Shown piece after piece: positions 19,510-28,234 of a stretch of 64,000 bases of DNA. A program made the position numbers and the translations under genes. Origin of the DNA: Chloroflexota bacterium (GTDB lineage: Bacteria; Chloroflexota; Dehalococcoidia; Lucifugimonadales; UBA3495); contig JAQBVF010000014.1 of assembly GCA_027623675.1 (NCBI GenBank), positions 18,242-82,241 of the forward strand, given 5' to 3'. Position 1 is the first letter of the stretch, and each line of letters begins with the position of its first letter. A model generated the notes under the pieces. It was not told where the DNA came from. It saw nothing but the letters and a program-made list of their open reading frames with translations, and ran no database searches.

Positions 19510-20508
19510 CTATCTTTCCGGTGGCGGGCTATCCGGGAGTTTGACCGCCAATTTCGCCCCAAGCTGCCGCCGCTCCAGTTTGGACTCCAGCATGGCGGGA
19601 CTGAGCAGGAAGGTCACGGAGGCGACGATCATCAGCAATACGGCCACCACATTCAGATTCACCGGCAGGGAGGCGGCGGTGACGATGACCAGGATGGAAG
19701 TGGTCACCGTGAGCAGTCCGATACGCAGCAGGCGGGGGCCGACCTTGAGGAAGACCGCGGTGGTCACGGCCATGGACAGGAAGATAAACGCCCTGGCGGT
19801 GTCCGTATCCTGCATCCGCTCGGCATGGTCGCTCCAGAGTCCCCCTTGCCAGTTCAGGAACAATATCCATGAAGTCAGGAATGGGAAGGGTAGGGCGGTA
19901 AGCGAAGTCAATAGCCAGTCCCGCTTCACCATCTTGAAAATCACATTGGCCATGATCCACATGGAGAAGGGCAGGTAACCGATCAACAGGAAGAAGAAGA
20001 CGACATTGAAAGGAAGCTGTCCGGTGGTCAGCAAGGTCCAGATACCGTAGCTGATGGTTATTAGGGCCAGCAGCCACGACAGTGCGGGCGCCGCCAACGA
20101 ATAACCCATCCATGAATACGACCATTTACTGGGGCTGCCGGCCCGCCAGTTGCGCCAGGTCACGAACGCGATGGCGATCAGGAGCAGCGAGACCAAGAAG
20201 TATTCGCTCCAGAGGTGCAGGGCAAAGAAGGACGCCAGCAGAAAATGGGGGATGGTCGCCAGAAGAACGTCACGCCACACCCCGGTGCTGTGGACTTCGT
20301 ACAGGCCCCGGGCCACCGCGTTGGGCGCGCCCATCTCCGCCACGGCGCGGGTCATCGCTGTGTCGCGGTTAACGCCCTGGGCTTCCAAATCGGCGACCTT
20401 GTCATCCAAGTGGCCTTCCAGCTCTTGGATGATGTCATGCTCTTCATCAGGATCAAGATGGAGCTTGTGGGCCAGGGCGTGGAGGTAGTTACTGACCTCA
20501 AATGGCAT
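19510..20508 (-). CDS. Membrane protein with N-terminal HAAS / permease-prefix domain
   Basis: EEHDIIQELEGHL...AVAEMGAP pattern followed by several TM helices; directly after padR. Confidence 0.8.
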   Translation of the reverse strand: MPFEVSNYLHALAHKLHLDPDEEHDIIQELEGHLDDKVADLEAQGVNRDTAMTRAVAEMGAPNAVARGLYEVHSTGVWRDVLLATIPHFLLASFFALHLWSEYFLVSLLLIAIAFVTWRNWRAGSPSKWSYSWMGYSLAAPALSWLLALITISYGIWTLLTTGQLPFNVVFFFLLIGYLPFSMWIMANVIFKMVKRDWLLTSLTALPFPFLTSWILFLNWQGGLWSDHAERMQDTDTARAFIFLSMAVTTAVFLKVGPRLLRIGLLTVTTSILVIVTAASLPVNLNVVAVLLMIVASVTFLLSPAMLESKLERRQLGAKLAVKLPDSPPPER

Positions 20509-20517
20509 GGGGGACGC

Positions 20518-20889
20518 CTACTGCGTCTCTGGCTGCATGCCGGGCAGCATGATTGAATTCATGGCGTTGGTGAAACGCTGCCATTCGGTGAGCCGGTCGG
20601 CCAGTCCCTCCTGTCCTTTCGCGGTGATCAGGTAATAACGCCGACGCACGTTGTTGGGGGTGTACTCCCAGCGGCCTTCGATCAGCTTTTGCTTTTCCAA
20701 ACGGTGGAGGGCGGGATAGAGGGTCCCCTCTTTGAATGCGAAGTAGCCGCTGCTTCGCTGGTCAACTTCCTTTACGATCTGGTAGCCGTACATGGGCTCG
20801 TTCTCCAGAAGCGCCAGTAGCAGGGTCTCGGTGTTGCCTTTCAGCATTTCTTGTTGGTGCATCTTCGTACCGGTCCAACGTTGTTTCAC
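20518..20889 (-). CDS. PadR family transcriptional regulator
   Basis: MYGYQI, EGTLYPALHRLE, RRRYYLITAKG. Confidence 0.92.
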   Translation of the reverse strand: MKQRWTGTKMHQQEMLKGNTETLLLALLENEPMYGYQIVKEVDQRSSGYFAFKEGTLYPALHRLEKQKLIEGRWEYTPNNVRRRYYLITAKGQEGLADRLTEWQRFTNAMNSIMLPGMQPETQ

Positions 20890-20913
20890 CAGAACTCCAA
20901 CGGATATGGAGTC

Positions 20914-20942
20914 ATTTTATGAAGCGGAAGATACGGGGTCAA
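20914..20942 (-). promoter_or_regulatory. Sigma70 promoter of padR operon
   Basis: Minus strand TTGACC-17 nt-TAAAAT. Confidence 0.6.
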
Positions 20943-20971
20943 GGCGCTCGGGATAGTCGGGACACCGCTGC

Positions 20972-21235
20972 TTACAGGACGGCGTCCACCACTCTTTGGA
21001 GCAGGATCAGGATGATCAGCACGGCCATGGGGCTGAAATCGAAACCGCCGAAACTGGGCAGACTGCGCCGAATGGGACCGAGGACGGGCTCGGTGATCTG
21101 GTATATGAAGTTATTGACGCTGACGAGCCAGGGATGGGGCCGGGCGCCGCTCATGGGCATGACGAAAGAGAGGATCACCCGGGCAAAGATGGCAATGGTG
21201 AAGAGTGTAAGGATCCCGCTGATCAGAGCTCCCAA
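20972..21235 (-). CDS. yggT: YggT family membrane protein
   Basis: ITEPVLGPIRR...GGFDFSPM motif; follows proC. Confidence 0.9.
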   Translation of the reverse strand: MGALISGILTLFTIAIFARVILSFVMPMSGARPHPWLVSVNNFIYQITEPVLGPIRRSLPSFGGFDFSPMAVLIILILLQRVVDAVL

Positions 21236-21246
21236 TTCGTAACTCC

Positions 21247-22050
21247 TTAGCCCTGACCCAATCGGATCGATTTCTGGTAGGCGGCGTCAACGGCGCTGAC
21301 TATCGCCGCCGGAACGCCCTGGTCTTCCAACACGCGCAGGGCTTCGGCGGTGGTGCCCGCCGGTGACACGACCATGTCTTTCAACTCTGCCGGGTGCATG
21401 CCGGTGTCCATCACCAGCTTGACGCTGCCAAAGACCGTTTGCAGGGCCAGGGTCCGGGCCATGTCCCGGGGCAGGCCCACGTACACTCCGGCGTCGATCA
21501 GCGCTTCGATGAACAAGAATACGTAGGCCGGGCCGCTGGCGCTGAGGGCGGTGGCCATGTCCATGTATTTCTCGTCGGAGACGTATATCTCCTTGCCGAT
21601 GGTCCCCAGGACCGCCTTGGTCATTTCGCGATTGGCCTCATCCACTCCATCGGAGCAGGTCCAAAGCGTCATGCCGGCCCCGATCTGAGCCGGGGTGTTG
21701 GGCATCACACGGACGACCGAGTTGTGGCGCAGTCCTTTGGACAGGGTTTCCATCTTGGCGCCGGCGACGATGGACAGGGCCGCTTGACCGGCGGACAGGT
21801 GGCCCCTCATCTGCCCCATGACCGAGCCCAGGTCCTGGGGTTTGACCGCGAACAGGACCAGGTCGGCCTGCTGGGCGGATTTGAGGTTATCGGCGTCCGC
21901 GATGACGCCGAACTGGCTGGAGAGATATTCGCGCCGTTCAGCCACCGGCTCGCCCACGCTGATGTCTTTGGGCTCGGCCAGTTTGCCGGAGAGCACGCCG
22001 TGGAGGATGGCCTCGGCCATCTTGCCTCCACCGATAAACGCAATCTTCAT
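21247..22050 (-). CDS. proC: Pyrroline-5-carboxylate reductase
   Basis: FIGGGKMAEA, AVKPQ, RVMPNTP, SGPAY, SPAGTT. Confidence 0.95.
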   Translation of the reverse strand: MKIAFIGGGKMAEAILHGVLSGKLAEPKDISVGEPVAERREYLSSQFGVIADADNLKSAQQADLVLFAVKPQDLGSVMGQMRGHLSAGQAALSIVAGAKMETLSKGLRHNSVVRVMPNTPAQIGAGMTLWTCSDGVDEANREMTKAVLGTIGKEIYVSDEKYMDMATALSASGPAYVFLFIEALIDAGVYVGLPRDMARTLALQTVFGSVKLVMDTGMHPAELKDMVVSPAGTTAEALRVLEDQGVPAAIVSAVDAAYQKSIRLGQG

Positions 22051-22061
22051 CGAATTACCAT

Positions 22062-22146
22062 CAGGATAAAACCTTCAAAATAAAACCGGGGTAAAACCCA
22101 GGGAAAACCCCAGGGAAAGCCCGGGATAAAACCTAGATAAAAACCA
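22062..22146. repeat. Degenerate ~11-14 bp tandem repeat (about 7 units, GGATAAAACC-like)
   Basis: ggataaaacc, aaataaaacc, gggtaaaacc, gggaaaaccc, gggaaagccc, ggataaaacc, agataaaaacc. Confidence 0.75.
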
Positions 22147-22283
22147 CCAGGCCATGGGATAGACCGGCCATGGTCAAGCGCCGGTCCCAGCCCTGCTGGA
22201 ACGCGTCTACGCGCCGGGCCACATTATATCACCGTAGCTGGCGGGCTTTACGGGCGGGCAAGCTGAACCGGGGCTGCCACCGG

Positions 22284-23300
22284 TCAGAAATGGGTCAGGC
22301 CGTTGCCCTGGGCCAGGGCCACCGCCAAACGGATGCACTCCTCCATGCTCTCGTGGCTGGCCACGCCTTTGCCCGCGATATCGAAGGCCGTTCCGTGGTC
22401 GACCGATGTACGCACGAAGGGCAACCCCAGATTTGCGGTGATGCTCTCCTCGAACCCGTAGACCTTGACTGGGATGTGCCCCTGGTCGTGGTACATGCAG
22501 ACAACCACATCGTACTGGTCCTGGATGGCCTGGTGGAAGATGATGTCCGCTGGGACCGGGCCAATGGCGTTGATTCCTTGCGATCTTGCCGCCTCGACCG
22601 CCGGCGCGATCTCCTGGGCCTCTTCATCGCCCAACAATCCGCCATCGCTGCCGTGGGGGTTGAGGGCGGCCACCCCGATCTTGGGGCTCGGGAATCCGAA
22701 TTTGACGAAACTCTCGTGGGTCAGCTTCACGTATTCCAGGATCCGGTCCTTCTTGACCAGGTCACAGGCCAGACGTAGGGACCGGTGGGTGCTCAGATGC
22801 ACCACCCGCAGGTTCTTGGCCATCAGCATCGTAGCCACGGTTTTAGTCTTGGATAACTCTTGCAGGAGTTCCATGTGCCCGATGGACTTGTAGCCCGCCA
22901 GGCTGGCGGCCTCTTTGTTCAGCGGGGCGGTGGCCAGAGCATCGACCACGCCGGCCAGGGCTAATTCGCCAGCCTTGGTAACCCACTCCATGGCCGCTTT
23001 ACCGCAGGTGGGGTTGATCTGGCCCACGGTAATGTCCTCGGGGTTGAGGTTGTGGATGTCCACCACGTCAATGACCCCTGGGTCTTGGCCTGCCGCGGCG
23101 GGGTCGGACGCTTCTTGTATCTTCAAGGGAACGCCGGTTAGCGAGACCGCCTGCTGCATGGCGTAGACATTCCCCACCACCAGCGGGCGGCAAGTGGCGT
23201 ACACCTTGGGGTCGGCCATGGCTTTGACCACGACCTCCGGCCCGATGCCGCAGGGGTCGCCCATGGTTATCGCTATAGCTGGTTTTCTGCCTGTGGTCAT
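22284..23300 (-). CDS. pdxA: 4-hydroxythreonine-4-phosphate dehydrogenase family (PdxA/PdxA2)
   Basis: TMGDPCGIGPE, LNPH, MYHDQG, RTSVDHGTAFDIAG; GGAGG RBS before ATG 23300; TGCTATAAT at 23417-23409. Confidence 0.92.
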   Translation of the reverse strand: MTTGRKPAIAITMGDPCGIGPEVVVKAMADPKVYATCRPLVVGNVYAMQQAVSLTGVPLKIQEASDPAAAGQDPGVIDVVDIHNLNPEDITVGQINPTCGKAAMEWVTKAGELALAGVVDALATAPLNKEAASLAGYKSIGHMELLQELSKTKTVATMLMAKNLRVVHLSTHRSLRLACDLVKKDRILEYVKLTHESFVKFGFPSPKIGVAALNPHGSDGGLLGDEEAQEIAPAVEAARSQGINAIGPVPADIIFHQAIQDQYDVVVCMYHDQGHIPVKVYGFEESITANLGLPFVRTSVDHGTAFDIAGKGVASHESMEECIRLAVALAQGNGLTHF

Positions 23301-23467
23301 GACGTGTTCCTCCAGTTGGGACAATGACGCTCAGATAGTCGGAGTCTACCTGACGAAATCCGTTGTCGATTAATCGGTTATGTAATCAAGACTGCCAGAC
23401 GCGCCGAAATTATAGCACTTGCGGGGTTTTATGCCCCTTGATCTGTATGGTATGGTTGGTCTTCAAG

Positions 23468-23502
23468 AAAAAGAGCCCCCGGCATTGGCCGCCGAGGGCT
23501 CT
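23468..23502 (-). terminator. Intrinsic terminator downstream of nrdJ and the candidate RNA
   Basis: Minus strand AGAGCCCTCGGC-7 nt loop-GCCGGGGGCTCT followed by a T-run. Confidence 0.8.
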
Positions 23503-23506
23503 AGGA

Positions 23507-23609
23507 AGGTAGCCAGGCTGGCGCAGGAACCGCACCACACATGAGACTCGATTAGCCGCAGCAGCAGTCGGCCTCCACACAACCCACCCCGCGCCAGCCA
23601 GGTCTACCC
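23507..23609 (-). ncRNA. Candidate structured RNA (~100 nt) in the 3' region of nrdJ
   Basis: GGUAG-A-CC-U-GGCUGGCGCGGGG pairs with UCCUGCGCCAGCC-U-GG-CUACC (about 20 bp, G-U pairs only on the minus strand); immediately followed by a terminator. Confidence 0.5.
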
Positions 23610-23701
23610 GTAAATACTATTTAAGTTGCCCTCTGGTCTCCTCTACCTTATATATATCTGCATATCTGCTTACGTTGTCACTATCTGTTTAACTATCGCG
23701 C

Positions 23702-26137
23702 CTACTCGCACTTGTTCCAGCCGCAGGCGACGCATTTCATGCAACCCTCTTCAAAGATGACCGGCGTATTGCAGTCGGGGCACTTGCGGGCGTTAAGTAC
23801 CTCTCTGGGATGGCTCTTCCCGTTGCCATTCCCATTTCCGTTGCCGTTTTCGGTCGGTATCAGTTGGGGCGTGAACTGCAACTGGGCTTCGCCCGAGTCG
23901 CCGCGCACGTGTCCGCCGCCAGTGTGACGCTCCAACGCCAGGGCCACCGCGTCGGGGCCGGAACGAACCAACGTGCCTTCGTCCCAAGCGGGACAACAGG
24001 TGATGCCCCGAAGCTGGTCGATGACCGTGTTGGGCTTGATGCCCGATCGCAGGGCCAGGGACACCAGCCGGGAAATGGCCTCCAACTGGGCCGAGTCGCA
24101 GCCACCGGCCTTGCCCAGGTTGCCGAACACCTCGAAGGGCGCATCCGCCTCGTCGAAGTTGATGGTTACATACATGTTGCCGTGGCCGGTGCGCACCCGC
24201 TCGGTGATTCCGCGGATGGATGATGGCCTCTGGCGAGGGGTTAGGGACCCGGCGGTTTCGGCGGCTTTCTCTTCCTTACGGCCGGTCTCGCCGGTGCTGA
24301 GCACCTGACCGTCCTTGCTGCCGTCACGGTAGACGGTGATCCCCTTGCAGCCCAATTCGTAGGCCAGCATGTAGGCGCCGGATATCTCTTCCACCGTGGC
24401 ATCGTTGGGGAAGTTGATGGTCTTTGAGACCGAGTTATCGACGTATTTCTGCACCGCACCCTGCATCTTCACGTGCCACTCGGGTTCGATGTCGTGGGAG
24501 ACCCTGAAGACTTCCTTCACCCACTGGGGGATGTCCAGATGCTCCAGGCTGCCGGTGCGGGCCAGGTCTACCATCAACTCTTCCGAGTAGAATCCTTCCT
24601 GCCGGGCCACTGCCTCGAAGTAGGGATTGCCCTCCACCAGCTTGGTGTTGTCCATCACGTTCCGCACATAGCTCAGAGCGAACAGGGGCTCGATGCCGCT
24701 GGAGGCCCCGGCGATGATGCTGATGGTGCCGGTGGGCGCGATGGTGGTGGGGGCCGAGTTCCGCATGGGCTGCACGGCGCCACCGGGACCCGGGTTGTTA
24801 TAGATGCTGCCCTCCCAGGCGGGGAATGAACCCCGGGTCAGCGTCAGGTTGGAAGAGGCCTGGTGGGTCCGCTCGAGGATCCGCCGCATCACTTCTTCCG
24901 CAGTCTCCAAGCCCTCCTCGGAATCGTACCGCACGCCCAATTGAATGAGCAGATCGGAGAGGCCCATCACGCCCAGGCCGATGCGCCTGGTCTTCTTGCT
25001 CATCTCTTCGATCTCAGGGATGGGGTAGTCGTTCATATCGATAACGTTATCCAGCATATGAACGGCGATGTCCACGGTTTCGTCCAATCGTTCCCAGTTC
25101 ATCACGGTGTCGCCGTCGGCGATGGTCACCATGCGGGCCACGTTGATGGACGCCAGGTTGCAGGACTCGTGGGGCAGCAAGGGCTGCTCGCCGCACGGGT
25201 TAGTGCTTTCGATCTCGCCCAACTGAGGGTTGGGGTTGTCCCGGTTGATCACATCCAAGAAGATCAAGCCGGGGTCGCCGGTCTTCCAGGCCATGTTGGT
25301 CAACAGGCTAAACACTTCCCTAGCGTTGCGCTGGCCGGTCACCTGGCCGGTGCGCGGGTTGACCAGGTCATAGTTCTGTCCGGCCTTGGCCCGCTCCATG
25401 AAGTCCCGGTTCACGGCCACGGAGATGTTGAAGTTGCTCAGGTTCAGGCCGTCTTCCTTGGCCCTGATGAACTTCTCTACATCGGGATGGTCCACGTTCA
25501 AGATGCCCATGTTGGCGCCGCGCCGGGTGCCTCCCTGCTTAACCACGTCGGTGGCCGCGTCGAAGGCGCGTATGAAGCTGACCGGTCCGCTGGCGATGCC
25601 GCCGGTGGAGCCAACCACGTCGCCCTCGGGCCGGAGACGGCTGAATGAGAATCCGGTCCCGCCGCCGCTCTTGTGAATCAGGGCGGTCTGCTTGACCTTG
25701 TCGAAGATGGAACCCAGGCTGTCGTCCACCGGCAGCACGAAGCAGGCCGACAATTGCTGCAGCTCACGGCCGGCGTTCATCAACGTGGGGGAGTTGGGCA
25801 GCAGCTCCAAACGCTGCATCGCCATGAAGAACCGGTCTTCCGTCTCTTGCCGCTCTTTCTCGTCAGCGCCGTAGTTCAGATCGGCTTGGGAGAGGTTGTT
25901 GGCCACCCGGCGGAACATGCCCACCGAGTCTTCCAGGATGTTGCCTTCCCGGTCCTTGGACAGGTAGCGGCGCTCCAAGACCACTTTCGCGTTGGTGGTC
26001 AACTCGGTGGAGCGTTCGTTGGTCTGCTGGGCAATTCCAGCGGCTTCCAATGCCGTTGCTATCCGTCGGCGCCTCTCCTGGATCTCTCCAGACTGTGTCC
26101 CCAGTTGTGTTATCGGTCCCTGATGTGTGGCGGTCAT
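23702..26137 (-). CDS. nrdJ: Adenosylcobalamin-dependent class II ribonucleotide reductase with C-terminal TSCPD/Zn-ribbon domain
   Basis: PNSPTLMNAG, LSACFV, QGGTRRGANM, TNPCGEQ, CNLASIN, TIAPTGTIS, KGITVYRDGS; C-terminal CPDC...CVAC..C. Confidence 0.93.
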   Translation of the reverse strand: MTATHQGPITQLGTQSGEIQERRRRIATALEAAGIAQQTNERSTELTTNAKVVLERRYLSKDREGNILEDSVGMFRRVANNLSQADLNYGADEKERQETEDRFFMAMQRLELLPNSPTLMNAGRELQQLSACFVLPVDDSLGSIFDKVKQTALIHKSGGGTGFSFSRLRPEGDVVGSTGGIASGPVSFIRAFDAATDVVKQGGTRRGANMGILNVDHPDVEKFIRAKEDGLNLSNFNISVAVNRDFMERAKAGQNYDLVNPRTGQVTGQRNAREVFSLLTNMAWKTGDPGLIFLDVINRDNPNPQLGEIESTNPCGEQPLLPHESCNLASINVARMVTIADGDTVMNWERLDETVDIAVHMLDNVIDMNDYPIPEIEEMSKKTRRIGLGVMGLSDLLIQLGVRYDSEEGLETAEEVMRRILERTHQASSNLTLTRGSFPAWEGSIYNNPGPGGAVQPMRNSAPTTIAPTGTISIIAGASSGIEPLFALSYVRNVMDNTKLVEGNPYFEAVARQEGFYSEELMVDLARTGSLEHLDIPQWVKEVFRVSHDIEPEWHVKMQGAVQKYVDNSVSKTINFPNDATVEEISGAYMLAYELGCKGITVYRDGSKDGQVLSTGETGRKEEKAAETAGSLTPRQRPSSIRGITERVRTGHGNMYVTINFDEADAPFEVFGNLGKAGGCDSAQLEAISRLVSLALRSGIKPNTVIDQLRGITCCPAWDEGTLVRSGPDAVALALERHTGGGHVRGDSGEAQLQFTPQLIPTENGNGNGNGNGKSHPREVLNARKCPDCNTPVIFEEGCMKCVACGWNKCE

Positions 26138-26355
26138 TTCGGCGTTCCTAACTAATATGTCCTGAATCGGTGAATAAGCCCTTTGCGTCTGGTGGCGCGA
26201 AGGCCCGTGGGCCAATCCTATCCGTGGATGCCTTCGACTTGTAGCTTCAAATGTCAGGTATTTCGCAACCGAGGGGCCAAACCAGGCAGGGGAACGGAGC
26301 GGTTTTTGGCAGGGCGTTCAGCCAGGCGATCCACGGTTTTAAACTACCTACAACA

Positions 26356-26434
26356 TACCATATATCGGACCTCAAGTTATGTCGTATACCACTACATGAT
26401 GTGGTTGGTATTTTCGAAACTACAAAAAGTAGTA
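26356..26434. promoter_or_regulatory. Candidate NrdR boxes upstream of nrdJ
   Basis: CACTACATGATGTG (26390-26403), TACAAAAAGTAGTA (26421-26434; 31 bp spacing) and weaker TACCATATATCGGA (26356-26369), compared with the CACwAtATaTwGTG consensus. Confidence 0.6.
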
Positions 26435-26803
26435 GGCGGATTCTACTTCCGGGATTTAAGGGAAGTCAAGCAAAATCCAGGGAATATTGGGGGGCAAAAA
26501 CGGATGATCGCGGAGTTGTGCCGGGGGCGTTCAAGAGGGGTCCGATAGGGAATCAAGGCCGGGATTTCCCATGCGCCTTTTTGGTCCAAATCCGGAAAGG
26601 AGGGCCGCCAAAAGCGCAGGTCTGGCAGAAAGAGGCATCGGCCCGTCGCGTCAATCACCGCCCCTAAATGGTCCCGCGCGCCCGTGCGTCGTTCCCTCTG
26701 GAACGGCGCACTTACTACGGCGCACTTACTAATGAAGACGCGAGCCCAGAACAAACAAGTCATTGCATCCGCCGCAACGGAGCACTGAGGTCACCCTCTT
26801 TGG

Positions 26804-27055
26804 CTAAAGTTCGTATTCTTCGTCGTCGGCGTCAGAGTTGCCCAGCCAGCAGGTGGCCAGACTGGCGCGGGCGGTGCGATCGATCTCTTCTTGAATCTCG
26901 GCGATCCGGCAGCCGGCGGTCATGATCCGCGATTGATCGGTGCCGGGCGTGCCAGCGGGAACCATTTCCGACAACATCTGGTTCTCTAATTCGTGCACCT
27001 GGAGGTTGAGGGTCAATAGCCTGGGTAGGGCTGAATACTGCAAGCTTCCGTTCAT
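26804..27055 (-). CDS. Hypothetical 83-aa protein between nrdR and nrdJ
   Basis: AAGGAG RBS about 8 nt before ATG; helical-looking sequence with acidic tail DADDEEYEL. Confidence 0.65.
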   Translation of the reverse strand: MNGSLQYSALPRLLTLNLQVHELENQMLSEMVPAGTPGTDQSRIMTAGCRIAEIQEEIDRTARASLATCWLGNSDADDEEYEL

Positions 27056-27153
27056 CGTTGGATCTCCTTGGATAAATGAATGAATAGTGCTTCTGGGCTT
27101 CGCCTGTTTTCCCGTCTGTCTTCCAACGGGACTATCGGTCTGGAATATTGCTG

Positions 27154-27840
27154 CTAAATAAGGTCTGGTTGTTGATTAACGTTCTGTTGGCCTTTCGCTT
27201 GGGTCGTTGCTTGGGTCGTTGCTTCGTTGGTTAATTCGTTATTAGCTTCTTTCGCCGCTGGTTTCGTAATATCTTTCTCAGCTGCGTTGCTACCGCTGGG
27301 CCGGAACTCGGCTTCCGGTTCCACCACCCGCTTCCGGCCCCGGCCCCGGCCTTTACTGAGCAGGGCTGGCGGCATATCCAGAAGGGGCAACTGCGCCTCG
27401 TCGCGCAGGTCCCGCACCGCTTCTTCGAAGCTCTCTATGTCCTGGAAGGCACGGTAGACGCTGGCGTAACGGATGTAGGCCACCCGGTCCAATTCCCGGA
27501 GGCGTTCCATCACCATGGTGCCGAGTACGGTTGTTGAAACCTCCATATTACCCATCTGTTGCAGTTCGGCCTCGATGTCTTCGACCATCCTGTCGATGGT
27601 GCGAGATGAGACCGGCCGTTTGGTGCAGGCTTTTCTGATCCCTGAAACCAGCTTTTCCCGGTTGAATTCTTCGCGGCGGTTGTCCTGCTTGGACACCATC
27701 AACGCCGCCGCTTGGACCCGCTCGTAGGTGGTGAACCTAAGTTCGCAACTCTGGCATTCACGCCGCCGCCTTATCCCGCTTTCTACCACACGGGAGTCGG
27801 TGACCTTGGAATGGGGGTAGCCGCAGAACGGGCAGTGCAT
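27154..27840 (-). CDS. nrdR: Transcriptional repressor NrdR with C-terminal extension
   Basis: CPFC...DSR...IRRRRECQSC..RFTTYER, ATP-cone, VAYIRYASVYR. Confidence 0.95.
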   Translation of the reverse strand: MHCPFCGYPHSKVTDSRVVESGIRRRRECQSCELRFTTYERVQAAALMVSKQDNRREEFNREKLVSGIRKACTKRPVSSRTIDRMVEDIEAELQQMGNMEVSTTVLGTMVMERLRELDRVAYIRYASVYRAFQDIESFEEAVRDLRDEAQLPLLDMPPALLSKGRGRGRKRVVEPEAEFRPSGSNAAEKDITKPAAKEANNELTNEATTQATTQAKGQQNVNQQPDLI

Positions 27841-27882
27841 AACTTGGCCGTTTTCTTATACTATTCTTAAATTCGTTTTAAA

Positions 27883-27927
27883 TACTATATATAGTGTTAT
27901 TGTTAACTAAACCTACCATCTATAGTG
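27883..27927. promoter_or_regulatory. Tandem NrdR boxes upstream of nrdR
   Basis: TACTATATATAGTG (27883-27896) and TACCATCTATAGTG (27914-27927), 31 bp apart. Confidence 0.8.
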
Positions 27928-27932
27928 CCTAG

Positions 27933-27961
27933 AGTGTACATACCGATGATATACTTGTCAA
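27933..27961 (-). promoter_or_regulatory. Sigma70 promoter of nrdR
   Basis: Minus strand TTGACA-17 nt-TACACT. Confidence 0.75.
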
Positions 27962-28028
27962 TCCATTACGATTTCCGTAATACATTTATCGATCCCTGCC
28001 ATTGCGCGTTGCCATTTGTACCCCAAAC

Positions 28029-28063
28029 AAAAAAAGACCGCCCTCCTTTTCAGGAGAGCGGTC
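28029..28063 (-). terminator. Intrinsic terminator
   Basis: Minus strand GACCGCTCTCCT-GAAA-AGGAGGGCGGTC followed by T7. Confidence 0.88.
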
Positions 28064-28070
28064 GAAAGTT

Positions 28071-28234
28071 GATTCCCGGCGCCTGGTTATGTTGCGGTGA
28101 TAAGGGGGATTAGTGCGCTTAGGCCTCCGAGAACATTACTCTATTTTAATGGGGCTCCCGGCCCCTAGCGGCCATGGCTCTGGATGGAGCCTTTCCGCAG
28201 ATTTATGTTAACACAACCGGGGAATCCGGGAGCC
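28071..28234 (-). ncRNA. Structured RNA (~165 nt), 6S RNA-like rod with central bubble
   Basis: Closing stem UCCCGG..CCCGGUUGUGUU / AACAUAACCAGG..CCGGGA; terminal stem CGCUAGG..CCGGGAGC..AUUA / UAAU-GUUCUCGG..CCUAAGCG; unpaired central region; own terminator. Identity as 6S is inferred from architecture. Confidence 0.55.

Noticed and set aside
23507..23609. SRP RNA or tRNA identity for the hairpin after nrdJ
   Set aside because: No GGAA tetraloop with the CAGG/AGCAG internal loop, and no TpsiC arm or cloverleaf.
26560..26800. Cobalamin riboswitch upstream of nrdJ
   Set aside because: Only fragments are present (AGGGAA, GCCAGACCTGC); the GGTGnAAnTCC, GCAACTGT and GCCACTG cores are missing.
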